Shown here in pieces: positions 9,390 through 17,103 of a stretch of DNA of 64,000 nucleotides. The DNA lies in assembly GCA_047601445.1 (NCBI GenBank), contig JASGJH010000001.1:1248001-1312000 (forward strand), given 5' to 3'. The notes below the pieces were generated by a model that saw only the letters and a list, made by a program, of their open reading frames with translations, was not told the DNA's origin and made no database searches. Source of the DNA: Myxococcales bacterium. GTDB lineage: Bacteria; Myxococcota_A; Polyangia; Polyangiales; DASUME01. Numbering within the stretch: the first letter of the stretch is position 1; the number at the start of each line of letters is the position of its first letter. Both the position numbers and the translations under genes were made by a program.

Positions 9390-10577
9390 TCAGTCGGTGC
9401 GCTCGACCACCACGGCCAAGGCTTCACCGCCACCGATGCACAGGGTCGCGACACCGCGCTTTTGCCCGCGATCCCGCAGCGCGTGAAGCAAGGTGGTGAG
9501 GATGCGCGCGCCCGATGCGCCGATCGGATGTCCCAGCGCAACCGCACCGCCGCGCACGTTCACGCGCTCGAGGGGCACCCCGAGCTGCTGGGCGCAGGCC
9601 ATGGTGACCACGGCGAAGGCTTCGTTGATCTCGTAGAGGTCCACGTCGGTCGCCGTCAGACGAGCACGCTTCAAAGCCTCGCGAGTGGCCTCGATGGGAG
9701 CCGTGGAGAACCACTCCGGAGCCTGCGCGCAGCCGCCATAGCCGATGATGCGAGCCAACGGCTTCCATCCGTGACGCGCCACCGCCGACCGGCTCGCCAG
9801 CACCAGCGCGGACGCCCCGTCGTTGATCTTGGAGGAGTTTCCGACCGTGATGGAGCCGCCCTCCTGAAACGCCGCCTCGAGCTCGCCGATGCGCTCCAGG
9901 TTCACGCGCGTAGGTTCTTCATCGACCTCGACACGCGTGGATTTTCCGCGTTTCCCCGGGATCTCGACCGCCTCGATCTCCGCCGCGAACTCACCCTTCT
10001 CCTGCGCACTGCGCGCCCTACGGTAGCTCTCCTTCGCGAAGGCATCCTGGGCCTCGCGCGTCAGTTCGAACTTGCTCGCGCACAGCTCTCCGCCACGTCC
10101 CATGTGAAACTGGCCGTAGGGATCCCAAAGCCCGTCGTGGATCAGCGCATCCACCAACTGCCCGTGGCCCATGCGATAACCCTGGCGCGCCTTGGGCAAC
10201 AGGTACGGCGCGTTGGTCATCGACTCCATGCCTCCGGCCACCACAATCTCGTGATCGCCCACCAAGATGGCGCGGGTCCCGAGCAACACCGCCTCCAGGC
10301 CCGAGCCACACACCTTACTCACGGTGGTCGCGGGCGTGCGATGCGGGATACCGGCGTAGATGGCGGCCTGCCGTGCCGGCGCCTGGCCGAGTCCCGCAGA
10401 CAGGACGTTGCCCATGAACGTGTGCGTGATTTGGTCGGGCGTGGCCCCCGCGCGCTTCAACGCGCCCTGGATGGCCGTGGCCCCGAGCCGTGGCGCGCTG
10501 ACCGAACCGAGCACGCCCTGGAAGGACCCAATCGGGGTGCGTGCGGCAGCGACGATGAACACCTCTGGCTCGAGCAT
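9390..10577 (-). CDS. Acetyl-CoA C-acetyltransferase (thiolase)
   Basis: KVCGSG, GGMESM, EINEAFA, GHPIGASG, CIGGG motifs. Confidence 0.96.
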   Translation of the reverse strand: MLEPEVFIVAAARTPIGSFQGVLGSVSAPRLGATAIQGALKRAGATPDQITHTFMGNVLSAGLGQAPARQAAIYAGIPHRTPATTVSKVCGSGLEAVLLGTRAILVGDHEIVVAGGMESMTNAPYLLPKARQGYRMGHGQLVDALIHDGLWDPYGQFHMGRGGELCASKFELTREAQDAFAKESYRRARSAQEKGEFAAEIEAVEIPGKRGKSTRVEVDEEPTRVNLERIGELEAAFQEGGSITVGNSSKINDGASALVLASRSAVARHGWKPLARIIGYGGCAQAPEWFSTAPIEATREALKRARLTATDVDLYEINEAFAVVTMACAQQLGVPLERVNVRGGAVALGHPIGASGARILTTLLHALRDRGQKRGVATLCIGGGEALAVVVERTD

Positions 10578-10674
10578 TCTAAAGAACTCCCTACTTCTAC
10601 CTTACCACTCGCTTCGCCGGCGTCCGCCCGCGGCCCCCTGCGCGGTCGCGCCTGACTCGGTGACGCTGGCCGCC

Positions 10675-11697
10675 TCACGCGCCGCGATTCGAGAGCAGCG
10701 ACACAAGCGTTTGTGCGAGCACGTAGGGGTCTTCACCCGAGCCAGCGCGCTCCATGGCCTGTGTGAGCTCGGGGGCCAACTCACGCTCGGCGTGCTCGAT
10801 CACCAGCTCGCGCAGCGTACGTCGCAGCTCGGCTTGGCGCTTCGAACGCATGCGTTCGCGGCCGGCCTCGCTCCCTTCCAAATAGGCGCGATGCTTCTCA
10901 CACGCTTCCAGCAAGCCGGAGACGCCCTGGTTGCGCAGGGCCGACACCTTCAGCACCGGCACGCACCAGCGCCCCTCCCCGGCCGTCTGGACGTTGCGCA
11001 CAGGCCCATGAGCAGCGTGGCCACGCGGTCCCGAAGCTGCCTGTATGGGCGCAAGACTCAGCATGCCTTCGAGGTCCCGCGCCGTGTCGTCCGCACCCTC
11101 GCGGTCGGCCTTGTTCACCGCCAGCACGTCGGCGATCTCCAAAATTCCAGCCTTGATCGCCTGGATGTCGTCGCCGCCTCCCGGCGCGAGCAACACCACG
11201 GTCGAGTGTACCACCTGAGCGATCTCGAGTTCGTCCTGCCCGACGCCCACGCTCTCCACCAGGATCACGTCGCACCCGCTGGCATCGAGTACACGCGCAG
11301 AGTCGAGCGCAGAGCGCGACAACCCACCGAGTTGTCCGCGCGTCGAGAGCGAGCGTATGAACACCTTCTCGTCGAGGCAGTGCCGCTGCATGCGTATGCG
11401 ATCTCCGAGAATGGCGCCGCCGCTGAATGGACTCGACGGGTCCACCGCCAGCACTCCGACGCGCAGGTCGCGTTCGCGCAACAGCCCCACCAGTGCATCC
11501 ACCAGCGTGCTCTTGCCGGCACCCGGCGTACCCGTAATGCCGATCAGATAGGCGCGGCCCGTGTGCGGATACAGCTGCTCTAGTTCTGCCAAATAGCCCG
11601 GCGTCCGGTCGTCCACCCGCCGCAACATGCGCGCCACGGCGCGCGGCTCTCCCGCGAGGACGCGCTGCACGAGATCGGCCGGGCCTGGACTCGCCAT
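10675..11697 (-). CDS. meaB: Methylmalonyl-CoA mutase-associated GTPase
   Basis: GTPGAGKST, AVDPSSPFSGGAILGDRIRM, ESVGVGQ, KAGILEIAD, NKAD. The ORF-track start 11847 lies inside the tRNA, so ATG 11697 is used. Confidence 0.93.
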   Translation of the reverse strand: MASPGPADLVQRVLAGEPRAVARMLRRVDDRTPGYLAELEQLYPHTGRAYLIGITGTPGAGKSTLVDALVGLLRERDLRVGVLAVDPSSPFSGGAILGDRIRMQRHCLDEKVFIRSLSTRGQLGGLSRSALDSARVLDASGCDVILVESVGVGQDELEIAQVVHSTVVLLAPGGGDDIQAIKAGILEIADVLAVNKADREGADDTARDLEGMLSLAPIQAASGPRGHAAHGPVRNVQTAGEGRWCVPVLKVSALRNQGVSGLLEACEKHRAYLEGSEAGRERMRSKRQAELRRTLRELVIEHAERELAPELTQAMERAGSGEDPYVLAQTLVSLLSNRGA

Positions 11698-11741
11698 GCT
11701 CTCGTCATCGTGCCACTGTTTTTCCGCGAAAGAAGCGCCCC

Positions 11742-11781
11742 AAAAGCAAACGAGCCGCTCGCAGTCTGCGAACGGCCCGTT
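11742..11781 (-). terminator. Rho-independent terminator downstream of tRNA-Val
   Basis: Minus strand aacgggccgttcgca-gac-tgcgagcggctcgtt (15-bp stem with G:U pairs) followed by TGCTTTT. Confidence 0.65.
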
Positions 11782-11797
11782 CTTGCTTCGGACTTTG

Positions 11798-11869
11798 TGG
11801 GCGATGCTGGGATTGAACCAGCGACTTCCTCCGTGTGAAGAAGGCACTCTACCACTGAGTTAATCGCCC
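11798..11869 (-). tRNA. tRNA-Val (anticodon CAC)
   Basis: GGGCGAT/ATCGCCC acceptor stem, D arm ACTCAGTGGTAGAGT, anticodon arm CCTTC-TTCACAC-GGAGG, T arm GCTGG-TTCAATC-CCAGC; discriminator A, CCA not encoded. Confidence 0.96.
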
Positions 11870-11972
11870 GGTCGCCGAGTCAACCAACCGAAGCTGGTCC
11901 GCGCGGCGGACACCCTTCGTAGCACCACGACTCATTTTCGCAACAAGTACGTGGAGGAAAAAGCGCGAAAGG

Positions 11973-14111
11973 TTACTTGTTGCCCTCGAGCTTGGCACGC
12001 AGCAGGTCTCCGAAGGTGCCGAGGCCCTGGCGAGCCACCTCCCTGCGGTAGTCCTGCACGGACCGCCTCTCCTCCTCGGCCAACAGCGCCTTGCGGGAGA
12101 AGCGGTGCCCGCCGTCGCGGTCCACACCGATGGCCTTGACCGGGATCTGAGTCCCAGGCGGGAAGCCCTTGCGGTGGTCGGTGCCGCGCTCGGTGCCCAT
12201 CTCCGAGTTCGGGATGAAGCCGCGACCGCGACGTCCGAAGACGCCCGGGATCTGCACCACCAAGCCGCCCGGATCGATCTTGTCGACCACCACGGTGAGG
12301 TGCGCACCCATCTTGGGGGGACGCGCGCCCTTGGCGTTCGGATCCGTCCCGGTCTCCAGCGCCTTCTCCTCGGCCTGCGACAGCTTCGACAGCGAGATGC
12401 GGCGCGCCTTGCGGTCCACACGCTCGATGACGACCTTGATGTCCTGCCCATCCGTGAGCACCTGGTTCGCGTGCTTCAGCTCGCGGCCCAGCTCCGAGAT
12501 GTGCAGCAGACCTTCGATCTGCGGCGAGAGCTCGATGAACGCGCCGAAGTCGGTGGTGCGCACGACCTTGCCGTTGACCACGTTTCCGGGCTCGAGCAGA
12601 TCGGCCTGGGCGCCCCACGGATCGTCCTGCAGCGCCTTCATGGAGAGCGAGACGCGCTCGCGCTCACGACGCGTTTGCCCCTCGCCGACGCGCAGCACCT
12701 GCACCTCGACTTCGTCGCCGGGCTTGGCCGCATCCTGCGGGCGCACACCGCGCGAGAACGAGAGCTCGCTCTGGTGCACCAACCCCTCGATGCCGCCGAG
12801 ATCGACGAAGATGCCGAACTCGCGCACCTGGGTGACCCGCCCCTTGAGGCGCTGTCCGGGTTGCAGCGAGCGGAACAGCTGCTTGGCCGCCTTGCGCTGC
12901 ATGCGTTCGAGGATGCCGCGTCGGCTCACCACGAACCCGTGGGTTCCCGCCTTGGACGGCGGCACGGTGAACTCGAGGCGCTGCCCCAGCAGCTCCTCCG
13001 GATTGTCCACCGGACCGAGCGACATGCCGCTCGCCGGGCAGAACACTCGGATGCCCTCGACGAGCACGTCGAAGCCGCCGCGATTGAAGCCGAACACGAT
13101 GCCGCGCACGCGCTTACGCTGCTCGCGCGCCTGGGCGATCTTCTGCTTCGCAGCCTGGACGTCGATGATGCGGTTCACGATGGCGATGTGACCGCTCTCG
13201 GACACCGATCCCACGCGTCCGCGGAAGATGGAGCCCAGCTCGGGCGCCGGAGGCGGCTCGGGCTCGGGTTCGGCCTCTTCGTGGGCTTCTTCGTGGGCTT
13301 CTTCGTGGTGAGAAGCGATGGACTCCGCGGGTGCTGCTGCCGCTGCGCTCTCGGCGTGCGCCAGCTCGGCCACCGGCTCGGTCGCCAGCTCGGCCTCGGT
13401 GGACAGCGCCGCTACCGGCGCCTCTGCACCTTCGAGAGTCGCCTCGGGCGCGACGACTGCAGCCGAAGCGTCGGGTGCCCCCTCGGCGATCATCGAGGCT
13501 TCGGGCGATGCAGCATCGGCTGCCGCGACCGCGCCTTCCTCAGCCGCCGGAGGAGGTTCGGGTAGAACCGGAACCTCGTGTGGCTCGAAGAAGTCGACGA
13601 ACGCCTGCGCCTTGCCGAAAAGGTCGACCGTGAAGGTACCTTCATTCAGCTTGGCCACACGGCCGGCGACGACTTCGCCGGCCGAGAACGCGTGCCGCTT
13701 GCCTGCCGCACCGCCCTCGAAGAAGCGCGCAAAGACGCCGCCCTGCCCCTCCTTCGGAGCACGCTCAGGGCGCGGCTCGGAGGCCTGGCCTTCGCCTGCC
13801 TTGGCCTGTGCCCCTTCGGCGCCAGGCTGACCGCCCTTCTTGCGGCGACGTCGGCGACGCTTCTTTTTGGCTGGGTCTCCGCCGGAAGCAGCGGCTTCGC
13901 CACCCTCTTCGCCGGAAGCCTCGCTGTCATCCCCTTCGTCTCCGCCCTCTTCGGACGCGTGAGACTCAGCAGCGGTCGCTGCTTCAGGCGCAGCTGCGCC
14001 CGAGGGGGTGTTGTCGGTGTTTGCGTTCGTGGGGCTCTCGCCCGGTTGCGCTCCCTGAGAGGCTTCAACCGCCGACGCGGGAGCCTCGGGTGCGTTGTTC
14101 TGCTCGGTCAT
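11973..14111 (-). CDS. Multi-S1-domain RNA-binding protein (RpsA-like paralog) with disordered N-terminus
   Basis: S1 repeats GRVTQVREFGIFVDL...GLVHQSEL and GKVVRTTDFGAFIEL...GLLHISEL; C-terminal GLGTFGDLL as in RpsA. Confidence 0.85.
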   Translation of the reverse strand: MTEQNNAPEAPASAVEASQGAQPGESPTNANTDNTPSGAAAPEAATAAESHASEEGGDEGDDSEASGEEGGEAAASGGDPAKKKRRRRRRKKGGQPGAEGAQAKAGEGQASEPRPERAPKEGQGGVFARFFEGGAAGKRHAFSAGEVVAGRVAKLNEGTFTVDLFGKAQAFVDFFEPHEVPVLPEPPPAAEEGAVAAADAASPEASMIAEGAPDASAAVVAPEATLEGAEAPVAALSTEAELATEPVAELAHAESAAAAAPAESIASHHEEAHEEAHEEAEPEPEPPPAPELGSIFRGRVGSVSESGHIAIVNRIIDVQAAKQKIAQAREQRKRVRGIVFGFNRGGFDVLVEGIRVFCPASGMSLGPVDNPEELLGQRLEFTVPPSKAGTHGFVVSRRGILERMQRKAAKQLFRSLQPGQRLKGRVTQVREFGIFVDLGGIEGLVHQSELSFSRGVRPQDAAKPGDEVEVQVLRVGEGQTRRERERVSLSMKALQDDPWGAQADLLEPGNVVNGKVVRTTDFGAFIELSPQIEGLLHISELGRELKHANQVLTDGQDIKVVIERVDRKARRISLSKLSQAEEKALETGTDPNAKGARPPKMGAHLTVVVDKIDPGGLVVQIPGVFGRRGRGFIPNSEMGTERGTDHRKGFPPGTQIPVKAIGVDRDGGHRFSRKALLAEEERRSVQDYRREVARQGLGTFGDLLRAKLEGNK

Positions 14112-14155
14112 AAGTACCTGACCGCAGCCTTCTATCTAGGGCGTGCGGGGCACGG

Positions 14156-14185
14156 ACACTACTTCTCGATCCCGCGGTTCGTCAA
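14156..14185 (-). promoter_or_regulatory. Putative sigma70-type promoter of the S1-domain gene
   Basis: TTGACG-N18-TAGTGT, 44 nt upstream of the ATG. Confidence 0.5.
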
Positions 14186-14279
14186 GGCGCACACGGCCCC
14201 CCACACTGGGGATTTCGCTGTTCCCAGCGCGGGATGCACCCACGCACACGTCACACGCACCAGGCGATGAACGCGCACG

Positions 14280-14948
14280 TTACGGGCGCGTGAACTCCCA
14301 TTTGAGATCGAGCTGTCCCTCGGGTCCCGTGAATCGCAGCACGGCGAACAGCGCTTCGGGCGGAATCGTGGGCTGCCCGTCCTCGTGGAACGCCGGAAAT
14401 ACCACGCGAAACGCGCGCCGAAACGGGGACACGGCTGGGAAGTAGGCTTTTTCCGAGGCAGTTCCGCCACCCAGTGGTTGGATCTCGAGGGGCCGCACCA
14501 TGCGTCCACGGTCGTCCATCAAAAGCACACGCCAGGCCCCTTCCGCATCGGTCAGGTCCATCTCGCGCGGCTTGCCGCCGCCGATGGTGACGAAGAAGCG
14601 ATGGTGCTCATCCGCGTCCGCCATGCTGGCCGCCAGCATCGCGTTGCGGGCGTCGGTCGGCAGCTCGAAGTCGTCCGCGTAGCGCACCACGTAGGCCCAG
14701 CGAAACTCGCGCGACTCGAAGGTCGCCGCGGCGTGCAGCACGGAGCGCATCTCCCCGAAGTCGAAGGGATGCAGGGTCCGCGTCCAGCGCTCGTACACAT
14801 CCGGGTACTCGTCCGGCGTGAAACTTTTCGGTGGCGGACTGAGAGAGACGACGGGGGCCGCGCAAGCAACCAGGCCGGCCAGAGCAACCACGCGCGCCAG
14901 AGTCGAAAAACGAAGCACCGCGAGAAGACTTATCGGGGTCGCGCCCAA
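14280..14948 (-). CDS. Hypothetical lipoprotein
   Basis: Hydrophobic signal ending in lipobox LVAC; coherent globular sequence; start uncertain. Confidence 0.7.
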   Translation of the reverse strand: MGATPISLLAVLRFSTLARVVALAGLVACAAPVVSLSPPPKSFTPDEYPDVYERWTRTLHPFDFGEMRSVLHAAATFESREFRWAYVVRYADDFELPTDARNAMLAASMADADEHHRFFVTIGGGKPREMDLTDAEGAWRVLLMDDRGRMVRPLEIQPLGGGTASEKAYFPAVSPFRRAFRVVFPAFHEDGQPTIPPEALFAVLRFTGPEGQLDLKWEFTRP

Positions 14949-15094
14949 ATGTCCAACCCGTGCGTGGCTGTGTGCTCATGTTCCTGGTTCAGGGCTGAGC
15001 ACGGGGCTCGCCGGTTGTCCGCGTGGGCGGGGTCGGCTATGTGCCCACCCCGCAGGTCGCCGTAACGGCGTAGAAATCGCGGCGACTCACCCGA

Positions 15095-16486
15095 ATGGAG
15101 GCAGCTCTGAATCCGACTACGCCCGGCTCGACTCCCGGCGCCCGACTGACGAGGGACGATCTGTTGGCCCCGTTCCAGCAGGCGCTCACTCCCGAGAGTC
15201 ATTGGCGCGTGGGCACCGAGGCCGAGAAATTCGGCATCCTCAGCGACTCGCATGCGGCATTGCCCTACGAGGGCGAGCGCAGCGTGAGCCGCGTGCTGGA
15301 GTTGTTGGAGCGCCAGTTCGGTTGGTTCCCCCAGCGTGAATACGAAGCAGGTCCGGTAATCGCGCTCGAGCGCGGCGGCGCCTCCATCACCCTCGAGCCT
15401 GGTGGTCAGGTGGAGCTTTCGGGCGCCCCCTTCGTGAGCATCCACGACACGGCCGCCGAATGGCGTCAGCACATGGACGAGCTGCATTGGGTCGGAGCCG
15501 AGCTCGGCATCACCTGGTTGGGCCTGGGCTTTCATCCGTTCGCCAGTCAGAGCGACCTGCCCTGGGTCCCCAAGCTTCGCTACGGAATCATGCGCGAGTA
15601 CCTGCCCACGCGGGGCAGCGGCGGCCTCGACATGATGCGCCGAACCTGCACCGTCCAAGCAAACCTCGATTACTCCTCCGAAACTGACGCCATGCAGAAG
15701 CTTCGGCTGGGCCTCGCGCTCTCGCCCATCGTGTCTGCCCTATTCGCCAACAGTCCTCTGGTCGAAGGCAGACTCACCGGGGAGCGTAGCCACCGGGCGC
15801 TGGTTTGGGTCCACATGGACCCCGATCGCTCTGGCCTTTTGCCCTTTGCATGGCGCAATGACATGTCGTTCGCGCGCTACGTGGAGTGGGCGCTCGACGT
15901 GCCCATGTTCATGGTCAAGCGCGAGGGCAAGGTGGTGCGCAACACCGGCCAGACCTTCCGCTCGTTCATGGACGAAGGCTTCGGAGGCACCCAGGCCACC
16001 TACAACGACTGGGTCGTCCACCTGGGCACGCTGTTCCCGGAGGTTCGCCTCAAGAAGACGCTCGAATTGCGCGGCGCCGACAGCTTGCCGTCGCACCTCT
16101 TGCCCGCGCTACCGGCGCTCTGGAAGGGCCTGCTCTACGACGCGCAGACGCGCGACAAGCTGGAGAACCTGGTGTCGCCCATCACCTACGAGGCCGCCGA
16201 GGCTTCCCGCCCCGAGTACGGGCGCCTCGGGCTCAAGGCCAAGCTCGCAGGCCGCGAGATCGCCGAGTGGGCGACCCAGGTCATCAGCCTGGCACGCGAT
16301 GGACTCAACCGAATTGCCCGGCCGAACGGCGTCTCGCAGAAGGGGCCCTCGAGCAGCGAGGCGGAATACCTCGAGCCCTTGGCGCGGATGGTCCAGCGCG
16401 CGGAATCGCCCGCCGACGTCCTGATCGCAGGCCTCGATGCGAGCCGCGATCTAGCACCTCAGGTCATGGAGTTGGCGAAGCTCTGA
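15095..16486 (+). CDS. gshA: Glutamate--cysteine ligase (GCS2, plant/alphaproteobacterial type)
   Basis: VGTEAEKF, ITLEPGGQVELSG, MMRRTCTVQANLD, FANSP, TLFPEVRLK, ELRGAD. Confidence 0.93.
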   Translation: MEAALNPTTPGSTPGARLTRDDLLAPFQQALTPESHWRVGTEAEKFGILSDSHAALPYEGERSVSRVLELLERQFGWFPQREYEAGPVIALERGGASITLEPGGQVELSGAPFVSIHDTAAEWRQHMDELHWVGAELGITWLGLGFHPFASQSDLPWVPKLRYGIMREYLPTRGSGGLDMMRRTCTVQANLDYSSETDAMQKLRLGLALSPIVSALFANSPLVEGRLTGERSHRALVWVHMDPDRSGLLPFAWRNDMSFARYVEWALDVPMFMVKREGKVVRNTGQTFRSFMDEGFGGTQATYNDWVVHLGTLFPEVRLKKTLELRGADSLPSHLLPALPALWKGLLYDAQTRDKLENLVSPITYEAAEASRPEYGRLGLKAKLAGREIAEWATQVISLARDGLNRIARPNGVSQKGPSSSEAEYLEPLARMVQRAESPADVLIAGLDASRDLAPQVMELAKL

Positions 16487-16525
16487 CGGCGGTGGCTGAA
16501 GCCGGAACCCAAGCACGACGAGGAA

Positions 16526-16876
16526 TCAGCCCTCGTCGTCTTCCAGGTTCTCGTCCTCATCGTCATCGTCGTCGTCGTCGTCGGTCTCGATGGCGCCCTG
16601 ACCAGCGTTCACCAGTTCCTTGAGCTCTTTGCCCACCTTGAAGAAGGGCAAGCGCTTTTCCGGAACCGGAACGGCTCGACCGGTCCGTGGATTGCGTCCG
16701 TTGTAGGGCTTGTACTCGCGGACCGTGAAGCTGCCGAAACCACGAATCTCGATGCCTTCGCCGCGTTCCAGTGCCGCGGTCATCGAGTCGAATACGCAGT
16801 TCACGACGAGCTCGGCTCGGCTCTTGGTGATTTGAGTTCGTCGCGCGACTGCGTCGATGAGCTCAGATTTGGTCAT
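16526..16876 (-). CDS. ihfB: Integration host factor beta subunit / HU family, with acidic C-terminal tail
   Basis: MTKSELI, IEIRGFGSF, GRNPRTG, PFFKVGKELKELVN; GGAGG RBS. Confidence 0.9.
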   Translation of the reverse strand: MTKSELIDAVARRTQITKSRAELVVNCVFDSMTAALERGEGIEIRGFGSFTVREYKPYNGRNPRTGRAVPVPEKRLPFFKVGKELKELVNAGQGAIETDDDDDDDDEDENLEDDEG

Positions 16877-16895
16877 CGAAACCTCCGACAGTCTG

Positions 16896-16925
16896 GTTGT
16901 AACGCCCGTAAACCACGACAGTCAA
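16896..16925 (-). promoter_or_regulatory. Putative sigma70-type promoter of ihfB
   Basis: TTGACT-N18-TACAAC just upstream of the RBS. Confidence 0.4.
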
Positions 16926-17103
16926 TGATCTTTCTGGATGGCTCCCAAGCTCCTACCCCACCCCACATGGGGGAACCCACAATTGTGTCGAAACGCAGCC
17001 GTCCGAGCCGGGCATTGCAGGGGGGACCACAGTGGGCGTTGCGGTATCGGTGGAACTCTGGTTATGGTCGCGCACCAATTCGCGAGTTTTACGAGGACCC
17101 GCA

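Noticed and set aside
11740..11972. tRNA-Val as an integration site for a mobile element
   Set aside because: No integrase, no duplicated tRNA 3' end seen, and flanking genes are housekeeping-type.
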